DNA of 64,000 nucleotides from an uncultured virus (IMG/VR IMGVR_UViG_3300045284_000273) (IMGVR_UViG_3300045284_000273), one strand, 5' to 3'; shown: positions 1 to 8,450, counted from the stretch's first letter. Translations and numbers: made by a program. Notes: a model not told the origin generated them from the letters alone.

Positions 1-387
1 GTAGTCGGCGGTCTTGTTGTTGACCAGACCGGAGTACCAGAAGGTCAGAATCTGCTGTGCTGTGAGGGCGTTGCCGTCGTCGTTGAGAGCGCCGGAACGC
101 AAGATGTCGTTGAAGTTGTCGCGGCCCTTGGTGGCGTTGACCAGCTTGCGCAGAGCGGCCGGGTCGATCGCCGCTTGGTACTGCGCGCCAACCTCGTCGC
201 GCAATGAGAACTCGTTGTCGGTCAGGGCCTCGGAGAGGTTCATGAACTGATCGAGGGTCACCGGGCCGGTAGTCGGAGCGGGTGGGGTCTTGGCCAGGGT
301 GGTCGTGGATGGGAGTGCTGCAAGGGCGGCAGTTCCCATCAGACCGAACAGGACTTGCCTGCGTGTGGGCCGGAGTTGGGTATCCAT
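1..387 (-). CDS. Tat-exported protein, sugar/sorbitol dehydrogenase small-subunit-like (3' end outside window)
   Basis: Not in the ORF track because it runs off the window edge. Manual translation from ATG 387: MDTQLRPTRRQVLFGLMGTAALAALPS...LDQFMNLSEALT...AQQILTFWYSGLV. AAGGAGG RBS upstream, twin-arginine signal, and an I..WY.G.V motif like FAD-SLDH small subunits. Confidence 0.55.
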   Translation of the reverse strand, partial: MDTQLRPTRRQVLFGLMGTAALAALPSTTTLAKTPPAPTTGPVTLDQFMNLSEALTDNEFSLRDEVGAQYQAAIDPAALRKLVNATKGRDNFNDILRSGALNDDGNALTAQQILTFWYSGLVNNKTADY

Positions 388-521
388 ATGTACCTCCTTC
401 GGGTGACAAGCCTGACACATCGAGCGCTTGTTCACTGGCCTCCGGAAGGAGTGCTACGGTCGGCCGGACAACTTAGCTACAGGTTCCACGATCACCGGAT
501 GATAGACGTGGAAGGTCCGAG

Positions 522-1529
522 TTGATGGCTCTGACCTTCCTGACCGTCGAACCTGTCAATCCAGTAGCCAGGGAGGTCTTCGTGGCCCAATATAGCACGC
601 ACAAGCAACAGGTGGGGGATGTTGCCCGACTGCCACGGCCGGACGGGATGAGCAGGACCCAGTGGAAAGGCGTCCGGGCCTACCTGATGGCCATCGCCAA
701 GCACTACCCGAACCCCTACCCGAGCCAGGAGCGGCTCGCCAATTTGGTCGGCTGTGATGTCCGTTCCATACATCGGTATCAGAAGCTCGCCGTGGCTGCT
801 GGGTTGCTCCTGGTCATGCCCGATGCCGGGGTCAAACGATCGCTCCGAGGGCGGGTCAAGACCAACAAGTATCACATCGTTCTGCCGGACAATTGTCGTG
901 CTGTACTGCCGGACAATTGTCCTACCAAGGCTCCGCAGGAGCCTCACTTCGTGAGTCTTCCTGCTCCGCGGGCTACGCCTCTTTCTCCGAAAGAGGCTTG
1001 CCTAGTGCCTCCTTCGTCGGCACGCATGGCCCGCTGGAAAGAGCCGGAGCGACAAGTCGGCCCAGAATCCAAACCCCCTCCGGCCCGCAAGGCGGTGGCG
1101 CGCCCCACGGTGACCGGCGACATGATCGTGGCGAGCGGCGTGCGCGAGAGAGGCCGCATCGCCCCGCCGAAGCAACCGCCGTGGCGGCGGCTGACCGACC
1201 ACTTCGTGATCGAATGGACCGCCATGATCGAACACACCAAGCGGGACGACCATCTGCGCGACGTTCGCCTGCTCGATTCCCTCCGGCACTGCCAGCGGTA
1301 CCTCAACGCACACTTCCTCGGCCCCAACGCGTTGACTCCGACCGACGAGTCCAAAGTGCGAGAGTTGATCGGCCACTTCATCGAGGACGCGTACCGGGGC
1401 CGGGTGCGGATCAAGGATGGGCAGTCGGCATGGATGGCCTTTACGGGAGCTTGGGGGCGAGAGAACCGTTCGTACATCGGGGGGTCAACCGAGGACGACT
1501 TCGATCGGTACTTCGGGGGGAAGTCGTGA
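522..1529 (+). CDS. HTH replication initiator-like protein
   Basis: YPSQERLANLVGCDVRSIHRY..LAVAAGLL winged HTH typical of phage Rep proteins; first gene of the loader-helicase-primase run. Confidence 0.65.
   Translation: MMALTFLTVEPVNPVAREVFVAQYSTHKQQVGDVARLPRPDGMSRTQWKGVRAYLMAIAKHYPNPYPSQERLANLVGCDVRSIHRYQKLAVAAGLLLVMPDAGVKRSLRGRVKTNKYHIVLPDNCRAVLPDNCPTKAPQEPHFVSLPAPRATPLSPKEACLVPPSSARMARWKEPERQVGPESKPPPARKAVARPTVTGDMIVASGVRERGRIAPPKQPPWRRLTDHFVIEWTAMIEHTKRDDHLRDVRLLDSLRHCQRYLNAHFLGPNALTPTDESKVRELIGHFIEDAYRGRVRIKDGQSAWMAFTGAWGRENRSYIGGSTEDDFDRYFGGKS
882..921. repeat. Tandem 16-bp direct repeat CTGCCGGACAATTGTC (iteron-like, palindromic core GACAATTGTC)
   Basis: Copies at 882-897 and 906-921, 24-nt period, inside the rep gene. 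Confidence 0.8.
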
Positions 1530-2071
1530 GACAGGTCGAACTGGCCGGTGACTTCCGCAACCTGTCCATGGAGCAGCGCGAGCTACTGCGAGAGTGGTAT
1601 CTCAACTTGGATCAGGACATTGACCGCAAGAGCCTTTGGATCGCTGGGCCTCGGCGCGCCGGGTCGTCGTACATCGCCAAGGTGGCGATGCTCAAGCTGA
1701 TCAAGTCGATGAGTCCGGCCTGGGAGTGGCTGACTGCCAAGGAACTGATCGACGCCACTCGTACCCGGTGGACGACGGCAGACCATGTGAAGCACCACCC
1801 CGACGACTACAGCTTGTGGATGGACAACATGGCGCTGGAAGCCGAGTTCGACTTCTTCTGGCGCGAGGCGCAGTACATCGCCATCGACAACTTCCACGAC
1901 ACGCTCGACGTGAGGTTCTGGCGGCGCTTCATCCAGCCGGACCTGGAAGCTCGGTTGGAAGCTCGCAAGCCGGTGATCCTGGCCACCAACATGCTTCCCG
2001 ACCACCGTGAGTTCGCGGATATCACTCGGGTCATCGAGTCCTACTTCGTGGTGTGCCGTGCAACACGGTGA
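1526..2071 (+). CDS. DnaC/IstB-like helicase loader with degenerate Walker motifs
   Basis: GTG start overlaps the rep stop (GTGA). SLWIAGPRRAGSSYIA at the Walker A position, YIAIDNF at Walker B, KPVILATN sensor-like strand. Confidence 0.6.
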   Translation: MRQVELAGDFRNLSMEQRELLREWYLNLDQDIDRKSLWIAGPRRAGSSYIAKVAMLKLIKSMSPAWEWLTAKELIDATRTRWTTADHVKHHPDDYSLWMDNMALEAEFDFFWREAQYIAIDNFHDTLDVRFWRRFIQPDLEARLEARKPVILATNMLPDHREFADITRVIESYFVVCRATR

Positions 2072-2477
2072 CTTGGACGAGTGGGCGAGGCCCCGGTATC
2101 TCTTCGTGATCGAGGGTGTGCTGTGCGACCCACAGCCGATCACCCACAAGCGCCGCCTGCGCACCGAGAAGGTCACTGGGTATCACATCAACTGGCACGA
2201 GGTACCGATCAAGCGGGCGACGTTCATGAAAGAACACTGGCCGGACAATGGCATGGACCTGGTGACGTTCATCAGCGAAGAGTTCCTTGACGACGCGCTG
2301 CACTTCCTGATCGAGGCCCGCTTCCCGTACGACAGCGCCGCGTACACACCCTTCAACAAGTTCACATCGGTGCTTCGTTTCCAGACCGACCTGCTGGCGA
2401 TTTACGATAGTGACCCCGGTCGCCTCGACCAGTACGGCCAGAAGGGGTTTCAAGTGCAACGAGGCATGGACTTCTAG
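2058..2477 (+). CDS. Hypothetical protein, possibly degenerate HAD-like fold
   Basis: YLFVIEGVL resembles the HAD motif I (FDxDGVL) without the Asp residues; coupled to both neighbours. Confidence 0.4.
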   Translation: MQHGDLDEWARPRYLFVIEGVLCDPQPITHKRRLRTEKVTGYHINWHEVPIKRATFMKEHWPDNGMDLVTFISEEFLDDALHFLIEARFPYDSAAYTPFNKFTSVLRFQTDLLAIYDSDPGRLDQYGQKGFQVQRGMDF

Positions 2478-3802
2478 TGGACGTACAACACGCTCTCCTG
2501 TCGAAGGCCATCCTCAACGACGACTTGCGCGCGGTGGTCAACGCTCGTATCACAACAGAGTTCTTCACCGACGAGCGCTACCAGCGCGTGTTCGGCTACT
2601 TGCTCAAGCACTGGCAAGAGTACGGCATCGCCCCCGACGAGGCTGTGGTGCGCTCAGCCTTCCCGGCGCTCGACTGGGATGTGCACGTCCAGCCGGTGGA
2701 GTATTTCATCGACCGGCTGCGGGACCGCCGCAAGCGCTCCATTCTCACCGAAGGTCTGAACACGGCAGCCGGTCACTTCCAGGGCACCGATCCCGACTCG
2801 ACGCTGTTGATCGAGCAGGCCCTGCAGGAGGCTCTGATCCAGGCCCGGTTGGAGACAGCGACCGCGTTCGATCAGAACATGACCGGCGCTCGCTCGGGGT
2901 ACATGACCCTGCTCGGTCAACGGCAAGACGATCCTGGGTACCTGCGTGGTATCTCAACTGGATTCAGGGGCATCGACTACGTGACAGGTGGGTTGCAGCC
3001 GGAGCAGTACGTGGTCCTGATCGGCACGCCCAAGAGCTTCAAGAGTGCCACGCTGTTGGCCATCGCCATTGCCGTGCACAAGCAGGCCAAAGTGCCACTG
3101 TTCGTCGGTTTCGAGATGAGCAACACCGAGCAGATGGATCGCACCGTCTCGCTGCTCTCCGGTGTGAGCCTAACGAAGATCATGAACGGCACGCTGAACG
3201 CTCGCGAAGAGAAAGCGATCGACAGGGCGCTGGCCGAGATCGAAGCGATGCGCTCGTTCATCTTCTCGACCGATATCACATCAGCGACGACCGTCTCCGG
3301 CGTGCAGGCCAAGGTGCAGGAGTACCAGCCCGACGCTGTGTTCATCGACGGTGCCTACCTGATGCAGTCGGAACTGGTCCGCGTCGAGCCTGGCAGCCCG
3401 CAGGCGCTGACCAACATCTCCCGCTCGCTCAAGCGCTTGGCGCAGAGCAGCAAGATTCCGATCGCTATCACAACACAGGCCTCGTTGGTGCGATCGAAGG
3501 GCGGGTTGGGCCTGCAGTCAGCGATGTACACCCAGGCGTGGGGTCAGGACTCCGACATCTTCCTCGGTGTCGAGCGGATGGGCGAGCGAGTGGCCGACGA
3601 GACGGTGAGCACCGATCCGGTGCAGGTGAAGTTCAAGGTGATCGAGTCCCGTTCCGGCCCTCGTAAGGAAGTCATCTTGGAGTGGGACTGGAACAAGGGT
3701 CACGTCGAAGAACTCGACGCGGCTGTGATGAGACAACGCCTCGATCGGCGCAGCAACCCCTCGGCTGCTGCCGATGACGGCACAGATGCTTGGGGGGTGT
3801 GA
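2477..3802 (+). CDS. dnaB: Replicative DnaB-like helicase
   Basis: GISTGFRGIDYVTGGLQPEQYVVLIGTPKSFKS, FEMS, VFIDGAYLM, ISRSLKRLA, QDSDIFL. Confidence 0.9.
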   Translation: MDVQHALLSKAILNDDLRAVVNARITTEFFTDERYQRVFGYLLKHWQEYGIAPDEAVVRSAFPALDWDVHVQPVEYFIDRLRDRRKRSILTEGLNTAAGHFQGTDPDSTLLIEQALQEALIQARLETATAFDQNMTGARSGYMTLLGQRQDDPGYLRGISTGFRGIDYVTGGLQPEQYVVLIGTPKSFKSATLLAIAIAVHKQAKVPLFVGFEMSNTEQMDRTVSLLSGVSLTKIMNGTLNAREEKAIDRALAEIEAMRSFIFSTDITSATTVSGVQAKVQEYQPDAVFIDGAYLMQSELVRVEPGSPQALTNISRSLKRLAQSSKIPIAITTQASLVRSKGGLGLQSAMYTQAWGQDSDIFLGVERMGERVADETVSTDPVQVKFKVIESRSGPRKEVILEWDWNKGHVEELDAAVMRQRLDRRSNPSAAADDGTDAWGV

Positions 3803-4728
3803 TGGCTGTCGATCTGCGTGAGCTACTGGAGTCCGCGGGCATAGAGCGGTTACGAGAGGGGCGCAAGCAGTTCCACGGCCTGTGCCCGAAGCACTTTGAA
3901 CGAACCGGCCGCGAAGACCGTCACCCATCGTGGTCGATCAACAAGACCACCTACGCACACGGCTGCTGGTCGTGTGGCTACAGCGGCAACCTGACCGGCC
4001 TGCTGATCGACCTGACCGGCGCAGCGCCCACCGATCTGGAGCAGACACTGCACCAGGAGAGCTTCCTGCGGCGGATGGTCGAAGAGAGGACCAAGCCGCA
4101 GAAGGCCCTCGATCAGATCAGGCCGTTGCTCACCGACTGGGTGCTGATCAACATCATGCGTGATGTGCCCGAGCGTCTGCTGGCCTCCCGATATCTCCGG
4201 CGTCAAGCGATAGACGCCTATCAGGTACGGTGGGATGGCGACTCCAAGCAGTGGGTCCTGCCACTTCGTGACAGTCGGGGCCTGCTGCTCGGGGCGCAAT
4301 ACCGCCAGAAGGGTGCGGTGTTCACGCTCCCCGAGGGCATGAACAAGAGCGAGTTGATATTCGGGTATCAACAGGTGTCGCCATTCGACTCCGCCGTCCT
4401 GGTCGAGTCCCCGCTCGACGCCGTGCGCCTGGCGGGTCTTGGCATCCCGGCGTTTTCAACCCTGGGTGCTTGGGTATCCAGAGAGCAGGTCGGCATCATG
4501 GCCCGTCTGTTCAGTCACGTTGTCATCGCCCTCGACAACGACAAGGCGGGCCATGAGGCCGCCGAAGTTGTGATACCAATGCTGAGGCGACAGGGCTGCC
4601 CCGCGCTCCAGTGGGACTACACAGGCCTCACCGACGACGAGGGCAGGCCAGCCAAGGACGTGGGCGATGTGCCCCACGACGACGCACTACTGTGCGCGTG
4701 GGACCGAACGATGCGGTGGGGGTTCTGA
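3802..4728 (+). CDS. dnaG: DNA primase (zinc finger + TOPRIM)
   Basis: CPKH...CWSCG zinc finger; VLVESPLDAV and IALDNDKAG TOPRIM motifs. Confidence 0.9.
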   Translation: MAVDLRELLESAGIERLREGRKQFHGLCPKHFERTGREDRHPSWSINKTTYAHGCWSCGYSGNLTGLLIDLTGAAPTDLEQTLHQESFLRRMVEERTKPQKALDQIRPLLTDWVLINIMRDVPERLLASRYLRRQAIDAYQVRWDGDSKQWVLPLRDSRGLLLGAQYRQKGAVFTLPEGMNKSELIFGYQQVSPFDSAVLVESPLDAVRLAGLGIPAFSTLGAWVSREQVGIMARLFSHVVIALDNDKAGHEAAEVVIPMLRRQGCPALQWDYTGLTDDEGRPAKDVGDVPHDDALLCAWDRTMRWGF

Positions 4729-4729
4729 C

Positions 4730-5155
4730 GTGAGCCACAAACAGCACTATCAACTCACCGTCCTTGGGAAAGTGATCGACGTGTATTGTGATACCCTCCC
4801 CGTTGGGGACTACTGGGTCAGCATCCGGCGACGGAAACACAAGATCGCTCAGCGGCAAACAGGTCCGATCTACGATGGCAGCCCCAACTCAGTCCGAGCA
4901 GCGTTGTTATACCACGCTGTACACCAAACGACGCTCTCAAGTGTGTGGAACCATCTGTATGCCCATCGTGGGCAATTCGTCTCCGGTGCTGACCTGATCG
5001 ACTCGCACGGCACTGCAGCCTTGGAGCGTGTGCGCGAGCTTCGTCACAAGTATGGGTGGCCCATCGAAGCCAAGTCCCCAAACGGACCTGGCGTGTGGTG
5101 GTACTGCCTCGATCTACAGGCCCCACGAAGGCGAACGATCCCTCGGAGACCGTAG
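4730..5155 (+). CDS. Winged-HTH-like DNA-binding protein
   Basis: GQFVSGADL...ERVRELRHKYGWPIE pattern; GTG start just after the primase stop. Confidence 0.5.
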   Translation: MSHKQHYQLTVLGKVIDVYCDTLPVGDYWVSIRRRKHKIAQRQTGPIYDGSPNSVRAALLYHAVHQTTLSSVWNHLYAHRGQFVSGADLIDSHGTAALERVRELRHKYGWPIEAKSPNGPGVWWYCLDLQAPRRRTIPRRP

Positions 5156-5178
5156 GTGGGGACCCCAGCCCCAAAGTG

Positions 5179-5207
5179 TTGCTTATTGATACTATCTGTG
5201 AGATAGT
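5179..5207 (+). promoter_or_regulatory. Putative sigma70-type promoter overlapped by a palindrome
   Basis: TTGCTT-17 nt-GATAGT in an AT-rich patch; ACTATCT-gtg-AGATAGT inverted repeat (5191-5207); directly upstream of GGY-NN tract 1. Confidence 0.45.
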
Positions 5208-5217
5208 GCTAGCCCTT

Positions 5218-5341
5218 GGCAGGGCGCTATTGGTTCGGACTGGTCCGGCCCGGAGCGGCTTTGGCAGGGCCAGGTCGGACATGGAGCGGCAAGTAGCGGC
5301 CGGGTCGGGCAAGGATGGTTGGGTGGGGCGTGGTATGGCGA
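5218..5341 (+). ncRNA. GGY-NN pentamer tract 1 (candidate guide RNA), upstream of the RAMP gene
   Basis: About 24 units, e.g. GGT-tc GGA-ct GGT-cc GGC-cc GGA-gc GGC ... GGC-cg GGT-cg GGC-aa ... GGT-gg GGC-gt GGT-at GGC-ga. Confidence 0.7.
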
Positions 5342-5371
5342 ACACTGGAACACGGATTGGAGAACTAGAAG

Positions 5372-6112
5372 ATGAATCCACACAGACGGGTGGTACCTGC
5401 TGGGTATCACAGTGCATTGCTGACGTTGACAGGGACGAGCGCTCTGTTGATGAACTCAGGGGAGGTAGACAGAGAGGGTGACGAGTTTCGTGCCTTCACC
5501 CTGCTGAGTCAGAAGTCCAAGAAATCGTTGGACGATGATGCTCGGTTGCGGGAGATGGAGTGGGCAATGCGGCTCTATCTTGACACCGATATCGGCCCAT
5601 ATCTCCCCGGCAAGAACGTCAAGGAGATGTTGCGCTCGGCGGCTACGAAGTGGAAGAAGGGTGAGGACATCAAGCGGTCGTTGATCGTGGTGGACTATCG
5701 GATTCCACTGTTATACGACGGCCCGCGTGACCAGGAGGGGTTGTGGGACAAGGGCTATCGGTACTCGACGCTCGTGGCAAACAGCGGTATGAACCGCGGT
5801 CGCGTTGTGCGGACTCGTCCGTGCTTTGAAGAGTGGGCGATCGAAACCCTGCTGGCTTGGGACCCTGAGGACCTTGACTATGACATGCTCCGCAATGTCG
5901 TGGAGCGCTCAATGAAGTTCGGCCTCGGTGATTACCGGCCTGAGTACGGATCGTTTCTTGCTGATCTAGGGGAACCCACGATCTACAAGGAAGGCGCGCA
6001 CGTCAATGGTCCCAAGCCGACTGATCGTCTCGATCAGCAGGCGCATGCGGCGTCGGTACGTCGCGTGAGGCGAGAGCCGCCGCCTCCCGCTGCGAAGGCC
6101 AAGCGCAAGTGA
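5372..6112 (+). CDS. Stand-alone Cas7/RAMP-superfamily-like RNA-binding protein (Vipr-like)
   Basis: N-terminal strand LTLTGTSALLMN; PYLPGKNVKEMLRSAA (cf. Csm3/Cas7 PxIPGSSLKGxLR); RVVRTRPCFEEW; C-terminal glycine loop GLGDYRPEYGSF. Confidence 0.75.
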   Translation: MNPHRRVVPAGYHSALLTLTGTSALLMNSGEVDREGDEFRAFTLLSQKSKKSLDDDARLREMEWAMRLYLDTDIGPYLPGKNVKEMLRSAATKWKKGEDIKRSLIVVDYRIPLLYDGPRDQEGLWDKGYRYSTLVANSGMNRGRVVRTRPCFEEWAIETLLAWDPEDLDYDMLRNVVERSMKFGLGDYRPEYGSFLADLGEPTIYKEGAHVNGPKPTDRLDQQAHAASVRRVRREPPPPAAKAKRK

Positions 6113-6114
6113 TC

Positions 6115-6248
6115 TTCGTGGCATGGACAGGCTAGGCGAGGTTGGTCTTGGCGTGCCCAGGAGAGGTGGGCGAGGCAGCACATGGAAAGGCAAGGCTTGG
6201 CGTGGAGCAATACAGCCTCGGTTGGTATCACAGCCAACCGGGGCACCA
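6115..6248 (+). ncRNA. GGY-NN tract 2 plus conserved 3' hairpin
   Basis: TTCGT leader, about 18 pentamers 6120-6208, then ACA-GCCTCGGTTGGT-atcaca-GCCAACCGGGGC-ACCA (stem 6215-6244). Confidence 0.75.
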
Positions 6249-6410
6249 TTCGTGGCAAGGCGCGACAAGGCTGGGTGTGGAGGTCGAAGGCGTGTCGGGG
6301 TGGGGCCAGGTAGGGCACGACGTGGTGCGGTGTGGTATTGGTGGGGCAAGGTAGAGCACGGTGTGGTATATCAACAGCCTCGGTGAGGGTCAAACTTCAC
6401 CGAGGCACCA
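6249..6410 (+). ncRNA. GGY-NN tract 3 plus conserved 3' hairpin
   Basis: TTCGT leader, 23 pentamers 6254-6369, then ACA-GCCTCGGTGAGG-gtcaaa-CTTCACCGAGGC-ACCA (stem 6377-6406). Confidence 0.75.
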
Positions 6411-6546
6411 CTCGCGGTATGGTTCGGCCCAATTGGTCGGGCATGTTCCGGTGTGGCGAGGACAGGCAAGGTATTGGTGCGGCAGTGCATGGCGCGACCG
6501 GGATCGGCCGGGTCGGGTATGGCTTGGAAGGTCGTAGGGTCAGGGC
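6411..6546 (+). ncRNA. GGY-NN tract 4 (no hairpin; runs into the helicase start codon)
   Basis: CTCGC leader, about 25 pentamers from 6416. Confidence 0.7.
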
Positions 6547-8103
6547 ATGGCTCTGACCCTTCGGCCATATCAAGAAGAGGCGATCGAGCGCATCGTCCAG
6601 CGCGGTAATCTGCTGCTGGCGCTGACGATGGGTGCTGGGAAAACAGCCACCGCCATTGTTGCTATCCGCAGGCTCCGTCGTCAGCGCCGTGTTCGCTCCG
6701 GCGTTGTGTTCGCTCTCAAGAGCACCAAGTACCAGTGGGCGCACGAGATCAGCGTGTGGGACCCGAGAGCGCGTGTACAAGTGGTGGACGGCGACAAGCT
6801 GCGGCGCACATCACAGATTCGCAACGCTCACAAGTACGAATACTCGATTCTGCATTACGAAACATTGGTCAATGATTGGCAGGCGATTCGCAAGTGGTTG
6901 CCGATCGACTTCATCATCGCTGACGAAGTGACGATGCTCAAGGGCTTCACCGCCAAGCGCTCCAAGAATGCCAAGTCGATGGCCCCATATGCCGGTATCA
7001 GGATCGGCCTCTCCGGCCAGCCGGTGGAGAACCGCCCCGAGGAACTGTTCAGCATCATGGAGTTCATCGACAAGGACGTGCTCGGCGGGTTCCACCGCTT
7101 CGACCGCACGTTCATCGAGCGCGACCACTGGGGCAAGCCGAAGCGCTACAAGAACCTGCCGCTGATCGGCAAGGTGATGGGCGAGTCGATGTACCGCAAG
7201 AGCCGGGAGGACATTGCTGAGTGGCTTCCCGACATGATTGAGATACCCATGCCGATCGAACTCGATGAGCCGACGATGAAGCTCCACGATCTGGTCAAGC
7301 AGGACTTGGCCAACGCCATCGACTTGGCACTGACGATGGGTTCCACTGGCACCTTCGATGTGATGAGTCACTACGGCCGCACCGAGCAGATGGATGCCAA
7401 GGGTCTGATGGGTCAAGTCATGGCGCGGATGCTGGCGATGCGCATGCTCTCATCGCACCCTCGACTTCTCCGGCTGTCAGCAGATGCGTTTGATACCGAG
7501 CTATCGAGATGGGGCAGCCAGTACGCCAGCGACTTGAAGGCAGCAGGCATGCTCGACAACCTCCCGGCCACCACGGCCAAGCTCGACGCACTGCTGGAGC
7601 ACGTCGAAGAGATACTGGACGAAGACCCGCGGCACAAGGTCGTGGTGTTCAGCTACTTCAAGCCGATGCTGGCGATGATCGGCGCTGAGCTTGGCAAGAT
7701 GAAGATTCCGTGGGTCAAGATCACTGGTGATGTTTCAGCCAAGGAGCGTTACGCGCATATTCAACGCTTCAACAGCGACCCCATGCTCCGTGTGTTTCTG
7801 TCCTCTGATGCCGGGGCGTACGGAGTCGATCTCAACCAAGGCTCTCACCTCATTTGCTACGACCTGCCCTGGTCTGCCGGGGCCTTGTCCCAACGGATCA
7901 GCCGCATTGATCGTACGAACTCTGCCTTCGACCAGATTGTGATCGGCTACATGTACGGCGCGGGCACCATCGAAGAGCGGATGTTCAACATGCTGCTGCA
8001 GAAGCGAGCCATCTCCAAGGCGTTCATCGACGGCGACTTCGATCCTCGCTCCGGCGTCCTCAACCTCGATCTGGAGAGCCTGCGGGACTTCCTGGCGGCA
8101 TGA
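6547..8103 (+). CDS. SNF2-family helicase
   Basis: LRPYQ, MGAGKT, IIADEV, LSGQPVENRPEEL, KVVVFS, GVDL, YDLPW, QRISRIDR. Confidence 0.9.
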   Translation: MALTLRPYQEEAIERIVQRGNLLLALTMGAGKTATAIVAIRRLRRQRRVRSGVVFALKSTKYQWAHEISVWDPRARVQVVDGDKLRRTSQIRNAHKYEYSILHYETLVNDWQAIRKWLPIDFIIADEVTMLKGFTAKRSKNAKSMAPYAGIRIGLSGQPVENRPEELFSIMEFIDKDVLGGFHRFDRTFIERDHWGKPKRYKNLPLIGKVMGESMYRKSREDIAEWLPDMIEIPMPIELDEPTMKLHDLVKQDLANAIDLALTMGSTGTFDVMSHYGRTEQMDAKGLMGQVMARMLAMRMLSSHPRLLRLSADAFDTELSRWGSQYASDLKAAGMLDNLPATTAKLDALLEHVEEILDEDPRHKVVVFSYFKPMLAMIGAELGKMKIPWVKITGDVSAKERYAHIQRFNSDPMLRVFLSSDAGAYGVDLNQGSHLICYDLPWSAGALSQRISRIDRTNSAFDQIVIGYMYGAGTIEERMFNMLLQKRAISKAFIDGDFDPRSGVLNLDLESLRDFLAA

Positions 8104-8348
8104 CTGAGCAGAGCACGCCACCCACCAGAGTGCCGCTCGATGACAGATGTAAGTGCGATCACGCTTATCTCAGTTTGGGCAAGCTACACGGCATCGCGAT
8201 GGGTAAGGGTTGGGTGAGGACCAACACCCATCCTCTGTGTCCTGTACACGCTCTCTGCCAGCACTACACGATGCAGGTTCGGGCAGAGCGGTGGAATGGC
8301 CGATACCTCTACTGCAACGTTCATGGCACGAAGGGTTGCCCACGATGA
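8100..8348 (+). CDS. Small Cys/His-rich hypothetical protein
   Basis: ATGA overlap with the helicase; CKCDH, CPVH, CNVH. Confidence 0.5.
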   Translation: MTEQSTPPTRVPLDDRCKCDHAYLSLGKLHGIAMGKGWVRTNTHPLCPVHALCQHYTMQVRAERWNGRYLYCNVHGTKGCPR

Positions 8349-8450
8349 AGTGTGGGAAAGTTCTCAAGGTTCTTCTTCGACGTGCCGATCACTCTCTCGC
8401 ACCGAGTGACAACAGGGTCCGGGTGTGTACGAGATGCGGAGAACGCACAC

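Noticed and set aside
6113..6546. Canonical CRISPR array
   Set aside because: Only two non-identical hairpins, and the intervening sequence is long and periodic rather than unique 30-40 nt spacers; no cas1/cas2
5056..6568. ORFs overlapping the GGY tracts (5056-5481, 6123-6386, 6142-6354, 6332-6556 and reverse ORFs)
   Set aside because: Gly/Arg/Trp- or Pro-rich translations expected from a 5-nt repeat; a period of 5 does not fit codon structure and there are no RBSs
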